Origin: Hydrolagus affinis
Lineage: Eukaryota
DNA length: 64,000 nt
Assembly: GCA_012026655.1 (NCBI GenBank)
Contig: JAAILG010000177.1
Span: 1 to 64,000 of the forward strand
Reading direction: 5' to 3'
A model generated the notes under the pieces. It searched no databases. It was not told the origin of the DNA and saw only the letters and a list, made by a program, of their open reading frames with translations. The position numbers and the translations under genes are program-made. Shown in pieces: positions 1-14,195 of the stretch (position 1 is its first letter; every line of letters starts with the position of its first letter).

Positions 1-369
1 TATGTAGTCAGCACACTTCTCTGATAGACGATTCAAATGCTTCTTACTAAGTAGGATTGCAACCTTTTTCTGGTTGAATCTCTGACTGTGCTTCAAAGAG
101 GGCACTAGGAATTATGTAAAATACGATGAATCCTTCACATTTCATGCATTGTTTTTATCGTTAGAAGGATTAGAAAACAGGATTGAAATGTTACCCAGAA
201 TAAAATTGTGTTTTATCAACGTGCATAGCAGAGTTTTATTATACTGTGATGAATGGAAATAGAATCTCCAGTTATTAAAGAGCTGGATGACTCTGTTGTA
301 ACTTAAAGCATGGTTTGTTTTTAATGCTCAAAATTGCACTTTGAGTTCCGATTTTATATACAGTAATAT

Positions 370-527
370 ATAATAATAATCCTTGCATTTGACATAGCGA
401 TTTTGATGTCTTCTAGATGTTTCAAATCGCTTCACAGAATATACTTTAAAGTGGGTTGACTATATTTATGGGCTAAATGTGGCAGTCAATTGCGCACAGT
501 TGTGGACTGAGTGACCAAATTATTAAT
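370..527 (-). mobile_element. Young tRNA-SINE, 3' fragment
   Basis: Reverse complement of the family tail (ataataatccttgcatttga...cttcacagaatatac). Confidence 0.8.
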
Positions 528-3500
528 TTTTTTAAGGATTATTTCCCCCGGAAAGACGATCGCTAATTGACTAACAACTGAATAATTTTATGCAAAATAG
601 CAAATTGAATCACCTGAACTGAAGCTGAAATAAGAAACCTTCCAGCCAACTTGTTCAGGAGGGATAAGATCCAATGAGTTAAAAGAACAAACTAATCTTG
701 TGATCTTTGTCAAAAGGTGGACTGTCCAGCCGGGAGGCAGATGGCATAATATCATACATGTATTGTGGTTACATCTTTGACGCAAAGTACAGTAAATGTT
801 AAGTTTCATTTTTAATGCTGAACTCTTTAAATATCCAATTTAAATGAAGTAGTTCTTCATTAAATTCAGATTCTTTTTTCCTAATTAATGTTGTCCCCAT
901 CAGAGCTGCTGCAGTCCCTTTTCAATTATTAAGCAACTAGGTTTTATTGGGGATTAAATGATACAATTCTCTATTGAATTCACTTGATTTACTAATCTAA
1001 TTATTACTCTGCCACTAAAGTCTGCTGCTGCAAACTCCCCCATTTGGATTATAGTATGTTGTCGGACTCAAACATTTGATTTTTACTGAATACTGTTTTT
1101 ATCTCATCCAACAGACAATTTACGTTTACCACTCTTTCTTTTGTTGGTTGCACCTTATTATTTGAAACATTTGCTTTGCTTTTGAAGCATCAAAGTGTTT
1201 TGAACCAAAAATGTCTCCAATTTTCTTTGGAGAATGTTTGTTATTTTAGTTTCATAAAGTAAACAGATCTGCTCCTTAACCCTTTTGCCAATAAAAAAAT
1301 AAGGTACCAAATCTCAAGTGTTGACCGGGGATGGTAATACCCCAAGAAGCAATTCAAATGCCCGCCTAGCCATCATCGCACATGCCTCCAAGTTTTACCT
1401 TTTATTCTTCATACACAGCCGTAGGTAAGCAGGGTCCCAACAGGGAGAGTGTGAATTCATTTCAGACATTGGAAATGCCCATGTGTTGGTGGTATGCATT
1501 TGGGGATGGTTTAATCTGGTTTGGATACTCTTAAACATGGTGATGAGTTTCTGCATGTGTCAGACAGACACCCAGCTGGCCAAATCGAGAAACAGAAAAC
1601 TAATTGGAAGCTGATCTGATATAACCATAATACCACTGGCCGGCATTTAGACCTGTAGATGGCAGTGTCTTCAGTGAGATGGATCTCCAGTCTTGCTTTT
1701 GTAAGTCATTGAAAACCACACATTACTCTGATAGCCACACTGCACACAATTACTGCTGAGCCTGTGTGGCATTTGGTTTAGGGTGGGGTCGGGAGAGGGT
1801 GGAAGACATACAAATTGTTGGAGGGATGGGTAAAGAGGGGAAGCCAGTCATACATATGGATTACGTAGCAAACTACATAATTCTTCCTGAAATCAAGTTT
1901 AAAAACCTAACGCTTCAAATATGACTTCATATTGCAATCGCTATAATATATTTATTTCCTCACACTTGTGGGGACAATGAGTGACATCCACAATAACAAA
2001 AAATTATAAGTAGTTCTGTATCACATGTATCTTATCTCAGTATATAATTTCAATTTCATTGAAAAAAACATACACATACACAGATCATTCACTTTCAAAT
2101 CCACAAGCTTGCTGTGAAGGGCTTACAGACTTATCCGCAATGCACCAAAATGGTTCTGAAGGATGATTGAAGTTTACCTCGTTTCTCAGCTGGCTGCAAC
2201 TACAACTGTTGGACGCATGAAGATTATTACGTTTTTACGCAAAACTTTTAAACAAATCTTATTGGATAATATTTGCTCATATCCTTGGACTACCTCACTG
2301 ATCGACTGTACACTACATAGTCTCAAAATTAAATACAAAGCAAACAAATTACATCATAAGGGTTGACACATTCAGTGTGTTTATATTCAGTAAATGAAGT
2401 ACTGTACCTGTACTGTATATTTCCGACACCAATGTATCATTATTACCATCAGACTATATATAAATAGATTGGTTGATGGAGAGTTCGTTTTATTTTCTAC
2501 CGGTTGGTCAATCTAAGCACTTCACTTTGCTAGAGATGCAAAATTGTAAGATATGCAGGGATGGGGTTGGGGGATGGGGGTGGGTGGGCGGGGGGGCTGG
2601 TTTCATAGTGACTCAAAGCTAGAGCATTACAGGCTGGTGGCACAGTTGGATCCAATGGCATGGTGGGGGTTTGCACTGCAATTTACAGCAAGGTTCATCT
2701 CAGATTTCCTGGCAGCTCTAGGACATGAAACATTCACGTTGCAGAGTGGGAAGGAAAAGGCAGCGGGGAAGTAACCTCAGGCTCCTGCTGTGCATCTCCC
2801 CAGGTGGCAGGTTTTAGAAACATTGGCGGAAGCCTTTCTGCCTGCCCTCTGAAATAGGGAAACGTGGAAAGCACCAGGTTGGTAATAAAAGAGAAGAAAA
2901 TAAACAAAGTCCTGCAAACAGTACATCGAGTTCATTCGAAACAAGCATTGGAATTTAAGTGTATTCACTATATTCTACCAATACTGGCAGAAAGCTCATT
3001 GAAATACTACTCTATTCATCCAACTGAATCTTTCCTAAAATTATGTTTTCAGCTGTCAGTAAGTTCTGTTTGAAACATGTAACAAAGGATTGAGAAATAA
3101 TTTAGAGTTTTCCACGGTTGCAATAAATCTTGCTGGTCTATAGATAAGAGACAATGAGAAACTACTGCAAAGTATATTGCGGATGAAAAAGACTGGCTGT
3201 TGAAAGAAAAAAGAAATGTTGGATCAATGGAGAGATTATTTTGAACAGCCCTTAAATCCAGACATCAAAAATGAAGGTTTGACATCTGGATTCAGCTCAG
3301 ACACTAGCAAACAAAGGTGTTAGCAACTTGAGGTTGATTTGAAGTACTAATTCAAAGTAGAGGTTTGGAAAATAGCACTATTTTCAGAACACTGCAGATA
3401 GATAGACTTAATCCTGAATATAAACACTGGAGAAATATTGATATACTTGGGGATTGAAGAGATCTTGTAATTCCAATAATTATAGAACAGTCATCTACAT

Positions 3501-4614
3501 GATGTTAATTAAAGACAGGAATTTGTCTATACAGTATTTTCTGAATAACTCAGAATACAGGCATAATTGTGCTAAAGCAATATTGATGCTACTTAGTTTG
3601 ACTCATCAAATAACTATTTTAGAAGCAAGCTAACTTGTACAGAAATATGAGGGAATGCTTCATCACTAGAAAACTGTGATGAAGAGGTGGGAAAAGAAAA
3701 GAAAGGGTGCAACAAATGGAAATCTTGGGGTAGAGATTTCTAAGGGATTTTTATATATATCTATAAAATACCTAAAATCATTTACTGTTATGCTAACCAT
3801 TATGTGAACAGATATAAAGTATAACTTAATATACATTGAGTTAATGGATTTGGAGAACATTTTGCGAGAGTGCTGGAGAAGCCAATTTTCATATTCTAAA
3901 ATGAAATCGTATCTTAGGTAGATTACTTAGTAGATGGATCAATACAAAGAGCCTCTATAACTTTATATTGGTGGGTGTAATTGTGAAATTTTCTGTTCGG
4001 CAAATTTGTTATCAGAGGTGCTGTGTATTGTAAATAGATAAGATGTAGTACGCAAGGTGATAAATATCTAAAAGCATTTCATTCAGAATATGCTCTATTC
4101 AGATTATAACGTCAAGCTTCCTTTACATCATATCAATTTAGGAATGAGCAGTCCAGCATTAGAATTTGTTTTCCAATCTACATTTGGAATGCAACAATTT
4201 GCTTGTGTTGAGCAAGTTTAAGTAAATCACCTGAAAATGTTAAATACTAGTGAACATTTTAACACTGCCCCACAAAGAAGGAAGCACCGAGCCAGTCTCA
4301 AACCTAGATTCAACATTCAGGTCAGGTAGCACCTGAATATGACCTGTGTTTGGCTGAATATAATTGGCAACAAAAAGGTTATGACAAGGTTATGAATAAA
4401 AACTAATTAACCTGGTGACACACAATTTGATAGGATACTGTATATACATGAAAATCAGGAAGATTACACTATTCAAATCAAGCTAATTGCATGGTTTAGA
4501 CAGAACATTTTTAGGAAGCTGTCAAATTCTTTGATTCAGATGCGACATTCTTTAGCAGGTTTCAGTAACCAAATAAAAATAAATTTCTAATGGTACTCAA
4601 AGAGTTAAAGAAAG

Positions 4615-5160
4615 AAAGGGACTGTGGGATGGAGTTCCACAGGTTAGGGAAAAGTGGCTGAAGGCTTGCCCACCAATAGTTGGGTGGGTGTGATGGGGAC
4701 ACAGAGCAGGCCAGAGCCTGCTGAGCAGAGGGGTGGGCAGGTTTGATAGTGGGTTGGTTAGGAGGTCAAAGAGGTAGGGTGGGGTGAGGTCATGGAGGGC
4801 TTTGAAGGTGAGGACCAGGATCTTGAATCCTCTGGGTGATGTGGAGCCAATGGAGTCAGACGAGGATGGGGGAGATGGATCAAGAAGCTTGGAGCGGTAG
4901 AGGACACGGACCGCAGAGTTCTAGATTATCTGTGGCCTACAGAGGGAGGAATTGGGAAGGCTGTCAAGCAAGGCATTGGTGTAGTTGAGCCTGGATGTGA
5001 TCAAGGCGTGAATGAGGGTTTCAGTGGGTGAGGTAGTGGCGGAGTCAGGCAATATTGTGGAGATGAGGGAAGCCAGAGCAGGTCATGGCTTTCACGTGGG
5101 GGAGGAAAGACAGTTGAAGATTGAACAAGACACCTAGGTTCCTGACTGTCTTGGTGAAGA
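4615..5160 (-). mobile_element. L2-clade LINE, ORF2 C-terminal fragment
   Basis: Minus strand reads ETLIHALITSRLNYTNALL, followed by KILVLTFKALH-like remnants typical of L2. Confidence 0.8.
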
Positions 5161-5199
5161 AAGAAAGAGGGAGATAGAGAGAGAAATAGAGAGAGAGAC

Positions 5200-5500
5200 A
5201 ATAATAATAATCCTTACATTTGATATAGCGCTTTTCACGTCTTCCAGATGTCTCAAAGCAATTCACAGAATATACTGTAAAGTGAATTGACTACATTTTT
5301 GGGCAGCCAATTGCACACATCGGTGTCCCACAAACAGTTGTGGATTGAACTGACCAATTTATCATAGTTTTTTTTGGGACGGATTATTAGGCGTGTGGAG
5401 TAAGGAAACTTGCCCAAGGTTTCGCTCTGACCTGCCTGGATTTGAACCACAGGTCTCAGGCTTGTAAATTGAGTGCTCTAACCACTGAGCTATAGGACTC
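5200..5500 (-). mobile_element. Young tRNA-SINE, full length
   Basis: tRNA head with A/B boxes, aaccttgggcaagtttccttactcc core, L2-like tail and (TTA)n. Confidence 0.9.
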
Positions 5501-6671
5501 CAGATAGAGAGAGAGATAGGGAGGCAGGGAGGGATGGACAGACAGACAAGACTGCTGTCTCTTACCTCACATTCTTTCCTTGTTACACATTGTTAAATCA
5601 TATAGGTGTTAATTGGTCTCAATTCATGGCAATTTGCTGTGGGTCAGAAGTTTGTTGGTTTGTTGGTTCAAGCCCCACACCAGCATTTCAGCTCACAATC
5701 TAAGGTGACATTCAAGTGTGTCATCGAATGGGTGTTGCATTGATGCCGTCGCTCACTTAAACAGAGGCACTTCAGGTGAATGTTAACATAATTTGGAGCA
5801 AAGGCCAATCTGATTGATCGCAGAAAGGCCAGTAAGGGAATTTTAATGGCAGTTCAGTTGCAATGTGTTGCAATGCTGGAATAAGTTCATATATCCAGTT
5901 GGACAATTATTACAATTATTCTACAGATAAATAAGTTAGAAGTAATGAAAAGGGGCACAACTTGTGTAAAGAAAACAATACAGAAATTGGAAGATATCTG
6001 GATATTGATGAAACGTAAATAACTGCAATTGTGGAGGTTCAGCCGATGCTCCAGAATTATGACAGGCCAAACATGCAAACCTCTCCCTCAGCTGATAATG
6101 ATAACTGAAAACACAGAACCGGAGGCAGTGAGAAATTTTAGGATGTGAAAATGTGAGAACATATTGAATATCATTTTTACAGGCATGTTTTTAAATGAAC
6201 CTTAAATATGCCTGTGGTTTCCTGGGGAAATTGTCACACCAAGAAGGAAATAAACTTGACAAAATTTCACTTCCCATTCATTTCACTGAAACTGTTTACT
6301 CTTTAATGGCATATATCTGTAATTCCTGGGAGGGTTCCGCATAGATTTTGCAGATCTGATACAAGCAACTCTGCAGGACCTAAATTATCACGGTGAGTAG
6401 ATTATTGTGTTTGAAAGAAAGCTCGCTCTTCTATCAACAGGTTAAATCCAATTGGCAGAAATGTCTCCTATTGCTGTGAGACAAGTGAATTGTTGATTAC
6501 TAACCACTAGTGCCAACAAAGTGGGTGGAGGGGAAGAAAAAAGAGAAACACTTCCATGAGTGGGGGACAAATTCATTTACAAGCCCATTACCAAGTGGGA
6601 ACACTTGCCTCCCCTAATATTTGCTAAGCATTGAAAGTCCAATGAGAAAGAAACTGCAAGAGGGCTCTTCC

Positions 6672-6850
6672 AAGACAGCCTCAGTCTCTCTGCCCCCACA
6701 CTGTGGAACTCCATCCCACAGTCCCTTCATCTGGCTTCCTCCCTTGCCTCCTTCAAGGCTGGTTTCAAGACCCTCCTTTTCGATTGCGCCTTCTGCTGTC
6801 CTACCACTTCTCTCCCTCCTCTCCCCCCCCATCCTGACCCTTCCCCACAT
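6672..6850 (+). mobile_element. L2 3' fragment
   Basis: ctgcccccacactgtggaactcc...ccttcaaggctggtttcaagaccc; similar to 12680-12810. Confidence 0.75.
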
Positions 6851-7779
6851 TGGGAGATGAAGGGTTCAAACTAGATAGATTGAGTAAATCAACTATATGG
6901 GTATAAGATTAACAAACACTGTTGTATTACTATTAGGAGGAAAAAGGAACATAATGGTGCAGGCTGAGAGATTTGATAAAAAAAACAATGACACCTAATT
7001 CCGAGTAAAACTAATCATAAGTGAAGGTGGTCAACACCCAATCTAAAACCACAAAGAAACAGACTCCCATTGGTCAACAGGTTCTCTTCTCGGAAAGAGA
7101 CATGGACATGTACTTTCCCAATATCCTTACAACGTTAAGTAACTGCAAAGGCAGATAACACTCAAGCTACGTGCTTTTATAACAACTGCTAGAATAGACA
7201 GAAGAATGCCCATACAAGATTCATATAAATACAGGCGACATACTGAGATAAGTAGGTGTCGAGAACTGCTTCAAGAGATGCTTCGAGAACCACAAGGACA
7301 AGCTGACATAACCACATGAACAGGCGCTTTGCTCCTTGCCGAACCTCTGACCAACCCAACATGAAAGGCGATCTATAAATGTAATTTTGTTGTTGTTGAG
7401 GATAATGCAAGGAGCTATTTATGAGAGAATTGCAAAACACACTACACCAATATGCAGTGTGAAGATACGATGGACACATAATCTATAAATGAATTTGGAA
7501 AATACAAATAGCTCTTTAAGCTCTGATGAAATTAGAAGCGGGCTTAATGTACCAAACAAAATGGCACTTTCTTGTTCCATTCCTTCATGTTCTTACATAT
7601 ATAATAATAGCTCTGCAATTATCAGCACTGGTTGTTAGAGATAAGGATGAAAGATAAGGTGCTAGCAAAAAATTAAGTACTACACTTGTGGATTCTGCAA
7701 CAAAACAACAAAACAGACACCAGGATTCCCTGGAAATACTGTTTGATGCAAATAATGGTCAAGTTAAGTTCAGATACTC

Positions 7780-8340
7780 ACATCAATTGAAATGTGGAAG
7801 CTTCTGTGCCAGAAAGGCACTTTATAATCCATTACACAGAAGTTGATCTCCAATTGCTCTCAATAGAGCCTCTTGTGACATCAAAGCAGAAGAAACCAGT
7901 TCTGCAGAATTAGAGACACACACACATATAACTACTATAAAGTTGGGAACAGATCGATCATTGAGGGTCTGAAGCATTTGCAAAACTGTATAATGCCTTG
8001 GGCTGTACATTTCTCAAATAGCCTAAATGATTTTATTCTTTTCAGTAATGGAGAAAAGATATCAAGTGATGCTCTTTCTGCAGCTGATTGCTTGAATGTC
8101 TGAAATTGTCCCATCATCAAACATGTAACACCCAATATCAAAGACATTGAAGATAGAGGACATTACTTTATTTTGCAAAGGGTCATCAGAGTCTACCGCC
8201 TGCCTTTCTGGTGAAACGGTCAGAAACAATTGCATCTCATTTGTTGATAAGACTAAAAGGAAAGGAAAATCGACAGATGCATTTGCTGTTCATGTACTGC
8301 CATCCATAACCACAGCCCTTATTATTCCATCCAATTGACT
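7780..8340 (-). mobile_element. Highly degraded non-LTR RT remnant (CR1/L2 group)
   Basis: Frame-broken remnants VVMDG, ILGVT and RP..QEALLRAIG occur in the order expected for an RT C-terminal region. Confidence 0.35.
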
Positions 8341-11300
8341 GTAATGGCTTACTCTGCCTAAATCGAATATCATTTTATAGCTGGTTTGAAATTAAAAACA
8401 TAATTCAGCTCAATGTGGTGGCTGCTCTATTTGCTGCAGAGACTCTCAGGGATATTTCAAGGGCATGGTTATCAGTGAATTTGTTTTGAGTTAAATTCAC
8501 CTTTCTGGGCCATTTGAAATCTTTCATCCGTTGAAGGTCAAATAAATTAAGAACGAATTACACAGATAGAATCCTAATAGAAAAGCATAAGTCAAACCCT
8601 GAACAGACACCTTATAGCGTGCAGTGGATAAGATGAGTCATTTTAATTTCATTAAGAAACTATGAATTACTCAGGTGACCTATGTTCCCGTTTTCATTTT
8701 AAAGGTGACACTAACAGTAAGGGGAATTATGTTTTCATTGTAGAGCACTTGTTCCTTTACAGGTAAGATGCCATTATATTTTAATTGCTCATCACCTTTC
8801 GTTGAATGATTCTTCTTTGAAGAGCTACACGGTGTACTCCTGAAGACAGGTGTTTCATCAAAACACAGTATTTCGTAACCGTCAGGAGCAGAACATGATT
8901 GAACATTCTCAGTACCTGTCATGCAGTACCTGGTTGGTCTGCAATCCAGTACTGTGCTTGCTGTGAACATGAAGACCATATGTGAACAAAGACAGCAAAG
9001 CATCCATTAATAAACAGCACAGCTACGTGACGGTGATTGCCATCAGGGAGACTCAAAGCCAACATCAGTGCATGATGTGACCTCTTCACTTCAAGGAAAC
9101 ATCTGTTTTCTGGGCATCATGGAAACACGCTTCAAATACAGATTACTGAATAAAGTTTGGAAGTCATTCTCAAAGTTGGACTTGAACCCACATAACTTCT
9201 CAACCCAAAGGCAAGAGAGCCACCATCCGAGCTGAACTGACTCCAGAGCTCCAGGATAAATGAGAGGAGCAAACCTTTGAGGACCGTCAGAGAAAGTCCA
9301 GTATCGTATGTGTTGTATTGTAGCAGAGCTGTACAGGGATTCTGAAAAAAAAATCTTACATTTTTTTGGCTTTAGAGTTAGACACATACAATATATTCAG
9401 TATCTTCCAGATGGTAGGCCAGGCTTATTGATGCACCGGCACTGAATTCAGTTCTATGGGCAGAGCAAATCAGTCTTCAAGTGACCAGACTAAAATTGTG
9501 TTGATATATAAGAGAGAGGGACCCAAAGAACATGTGGCTTAATGCCTGGGAAGGATGTCAAGGGGAGAGGAATCAGAGAAAAGAGGTGAGCAAGCCAATG
9601 GCTCACTCCAACAAGGAAATGTGGCCACAATTCATTTTATAGACAAAGAGAAAAGCACATAAATTAAATTAATCCTAGTTATATGTATGTTACATCAAGT
9701 ACAGTATTTCAGCAATAATCCCATGAAAGGCAGGCCGATACAATGTGCACAGCAAAAACACATTAGAAAACAATAATCAGTAGATCACAGTGCCGATGAA
9801 GGCCCTTCTTCAGTCTCTTTGATCTCATCCTTCCATAAACAATGCCATTGTCTTCGTTCATTGTCAGCTTGTGTTGTTAAAAAAAACTGCACAACTAAAG
9901 CAGAGTCCAACATCACATTTTCAAAGACAATGTTTTTATGCCTAGAGAACCGATTCATCCAAATCCCAAATGATTCACCCAAACCCCAAATCCACACCTT
10001 CAAAAACAAAAGTAAGAGGCTGCAAATGGTTTTGACAACACAGAGGTTGCCAGTTGTTCACTCAACCTCTCTCATCCCGCAAAGTGGAGAAAAGGAGTCT
10101 CCTTGGTCTCACAACAGTGAAATCACTTTATGTGCTGTGCAGACTGACTTCAACCCGCTGCAGAGCACCAACATAAAGTTGTTTTATACTATTCGTGTAA
10201 AATGGGTACAGTCAGCATAATACGTTGACTCGGTCATAAATCTGCCGACTACAGTTGCATCCTTGCTCCTCACAGCTCAAAAATAGCCTCCAGTGATATC
10301 TCGATTTGAATTCTGTGATGGGAATCCATGCAGGAAAGCTGGCAAGCTCTCAAGAGCCCATGTGATGATTGTAATCACTCTGTTACTGGATTGATCCTAT
10401 GGGAATCCCCAGTGCTCATGTCTCCTTCTGGAGTTGTGTTTTGCTTTTGATCCAGTAGCGATGTCCCCTATTACTGTATATTATTAATTCAACAATTGTT
10501 AAACACAACAGCTCACATTTATATAGCCCCAGTAAATGGCAGTTTAATCCCTTTATGGCAGGTTGAGACCAGGACACCGGATTCATTTAAAACACAGCTT
10601 GATGCAAGGTTGATGTTCTTGGATGGGCCGAAGGACCTTCTTCAAACAAATCAATCTTGGGGATTATCTCGACAAAAATTGGCATTCACTTCATGTCTCT
10701 TTGTAGGATAAAGCTGTGTGCAAATTAGCTACCATATTTGCCTACAAAATACACAGCTACAACCTTAAATTGTTAGAGACTTCCAACTGCTATGAATGTT
10801 GCAATATCAAATTATTATTATTAAAACATGTTGAATAATCTACCAAACAAGCCCACAGAGGCAAAACATTGAGAAATTTAGAAATACAAATAAGCATCAC
10901 GACAAAGATTTATTCCATTTCAAGCATTGAGTTTACCTGGAGGATTACTTTCTTATCCTGAACTTTCCTTATGCTGTACTGAACCATACAGTACAACCTC
11001 AAGTCTGATCTCTCTCATCTCTCTGTGTTGAATTCATAGCCTGGGGCAACATAACATTCAAAGAAAAAAGGCAGGAATTGGCCAGCAATCTTGCAGATTA
11101 ATTGGTTATTTACCATATTATGGGTGTTTTTTGTGCAATCCTAAATGACCCAAATGGCTACCACATTTTACTAAAATACTATATTTAACAGTAATTGGCT
11201 GTGAAGCATTAAGATGCCATAAAAATGCTTGTTCTTTGTCTCTCATTCAATGTACAGTACATGGATTCTTTTGGTCGTACAAAGAAATGCAAAATTCCTT

Positions 11301-11924
11301 GATCATCTTGGTCAGATTTCTCTTTAATAGTTATCTTAATTGGTGATTGTGCACCAAAGGAACTATCGGTTGCTTAACTGTGAGTTTGCTGTAATTAATA
11401 CCACACCTGGATTGATGGCAAAAGAATACACATTCAGCTTTCAGTGCGGAACAGGGATTAATCAGAATGAACACACACCATGTTTATTATAAAGCTTCCA
11501 CACTAACAAATATTTTTTCTAGTGCTCAAAGAGCTCAAGCCTCAATAAATCCATATGCTTTAAAATACTTGGATTTTATATATAATTCTGCCACATCAGT
11601 GCACTCTGATATTCTGTTGGATGCTTAATGATCTTCAGCTCTGGCAGTTTTGTCCCCTGTTCAGTAAATGTACTGTCTTTGTCACACCAATTAATGCTCA
11701 CAAACAAAGGAAAAGAAAAAGCGAAAAGAAAAGAAAATGAAACACATTTGTGTGTGATTTGGGGACAGTTTGTTCATCACTGGAACAGCTCTAACTATAT
11801 GAGATGATAAATAAATACCCAAACCTAGAAATTTACTGATTTTTTTGTGCTTATCTTTGAAGAGATATCAGTGCTATTTTTTGGAATCATTTGCAAGTGT
11901 TACACCGAGTGTTAGTTAAGAAAC

Positions 11925-12305
11925 AGCAAATGAGACTATTCGGATAGGGCCTTTCACGTCAGAAGGACGTCGCTCGGCACTGGACTGTCAGTATTTCAGA
12001 CCCAAGCTGGGGTCAGGATTGGAGGGTGGAGGGAAAGGAGGGGATTTGGGGTGACCAATAGGACCGTCGAAAGAGGAGGATTTTGATGCAGGATTTGAAG
12101 GAGGCTACAGAGGGGGTGAGGCGCAGGCACTGTGGGATAGAATTCCAGAGGTTAGGAGCAGAGTGACTGAAGGCTCGCTCGCCGATGGTGAGGCGGGTGG
12201 GTTGGGGGACATGGAGCAGGCCGGAGTCTGCTGAGCGAAAGATAGTAGGGGCTTAGGAGGTTGCAAAGCTAGGGCGGGGCAAGGTCATAGAAGGCTTTGA
12301 AGGTG
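11925..12305 (-). mobile_element. L2 3' end
   Basis: Reverse complement of the L2 3' coding remnant and the gtgaaaggc tail. Confidence 0.8.
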
Positions 12306-12529
12306 AAACACAATCTTCAGGGGAAAAGGATGAAGAACCTTGCACACTGAATGAATCATATTGCAACATCACTTCTCTTTGAGTGAGATGTTGTCAGAAT
12401 CAAAATGCTGCCCTTGATGTTTCTCACTCTGACCCAGAAAGGAATTTTTCATGAAGATATTGTGTTTGAGTAGGCGATAGTTAGCAATGGGATTCATTAA
12501 TATTGACTAACAGGAAATTCTGCTGGTAA

Positions 12530-12901
12530 CTTCACTTTCAAGGCCATGCCCCTTCCTATCTCCCCAACTTGCTGACTCTCTATGAACCTGCTGTCCCCTC
12601 CGTTTAGTGGGCTCCGTCAGGTCTACTCCATGTTTCCTACCCGACCCGTCCTACCATTGGTGGATGGGCTTCCACCCTCTCTGCCCCCACACTCTGGAAC
12701 TCCATCCTACAGTCTCTGCACCTCGCTTCCTCCCTTGCCTCCTTCAAGACTGGTCTCGAGACCCTCCTCTTCGATCGTGTCTTCTGCCACCCTCCCAACT
12801 CTCTCCCCTGCCTACCCTGGCCGTCCACCTTGCTCAGGCCCAGTACCTTGGCACGTCCTCCCTATGTGAAAGCCGGTCTGTAAACGTAATTTTGTTGTTG
12901 C
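12530..12901 (+). mobile_element. L2 3' end with (TTG)n tail
   Basis: cactctggaactcc, gtgaaagc...aattttgttgttg. Confidence 0.8.
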
Positions 12902-13892
12902 TTTTGTAAAGTCTAATTGTTCTCTGTTTGTGAAGAGTCAGTGCTTCTGCTGAGACAAGCTTCAAGCTCGTGTGATCTTTTCACAGATCTAGAGGCCTCT
13001 TTTTGGCCTAGTGATCTGGGGAATATGCTGCTGTCAGCCACTTCTAGCATCTCTCTGCTTGTATTTTCCTGGTCTGTCATGTCCCATGTTCCCAAGTACA
13101 AGTTCTTGGCATTGACAGTGAAGTCGAAACAACAATGGTTGTGAGTATTTGTGTGTGTCTATGGTCATGTGAATAACATTTGCTTCTCAGTGAAACAAGG
13201 CAACTCATTGTTTTTTGACTGTCTTGCTGGTTCATCAGTGAAATTCTGTAACTAGATTTAAGTGCAAAGTGATTGGGAATATCCACGTTATACTGGACTA
13301 TAACTTTTGCGTAAAAGTTTTACGTTTGCAGTAGAGGGAACAACAACAACTTGTACCTATATAGCACCCTTCACGCAAGAAGATGAAGGGTGCTATATAG
13401 ATGAGATACATGATAAATTATGGTTGAGATGAGAGACATGATTCTAAATGCACAGTTGCATAGACAAAGTCTTTACTACTTCATGAAAAAGGAACTCTAA
13501 TTCCACAATTGCCATGACCATCAATCACTTTTAGTGTTTGTCAAGTGACGGGCAAAGTAAATCATAGCCATATTGTGAAATGTCACTTCAGCAGATAATA
13601 ACTTTATTTTTTTAATCCATTCATCAAGTGGGAGATTAGGGTTTGCAAAATTAATGGTAAATGAAATACTGTTCTGCCCAGGTCATAATTTTAGGAACAA
13701 GACTCATAAACGAGAGTATAAACGGCATAAAATCTGATACTGTCATGCATATCATAAGCAGATCCAGATGCGATCTGTGCAGTATTGTACAGTGGTTGTA
13801 ATTTATGCAACTATTATACCCATTTTAGACCCTAAAATAATGAATTCTGCCTTATTTTACCAATCCAGCTTTTAAATACCAGATTCTTTGCT

Positions 13893-14195
13893 ATAATAAT
13901 AATCCTTGCATTTTGATACAGCACTTTTCACATTTTCTAGACATCTCAAAGCCCTTCACAGAATATACTGTGAAGTGAATTAACTGTATATCTTTGGGCG
14001 AAATACAGCAGCCAGTTGCGCACAGCAGTGTCCCACAAACAATCATGGATTGAAATGATCAATTTATTATTTTTTGAGGAATTATTATTACATGTATGGA
14101 GTAAGGAAACTTGCCCAAGGTTTCGCCCTGCCTGGAATTGAACGCAGGTCTCTCGCTTGTAAGGCGAGTACTCTAACCACTGAGCTACAGGACTC
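13893..14195 (-). mobile_element. Young tRNA-SINE, full length
   Basis: Same architecture as the other full-length copies. Confidence 0.9.

Noticed and set aside
3100-3900. Possible ancient LINE ORF remnant
   Set aside because: Purine-rich and suggestive, but too degraded to assign without an alignment.
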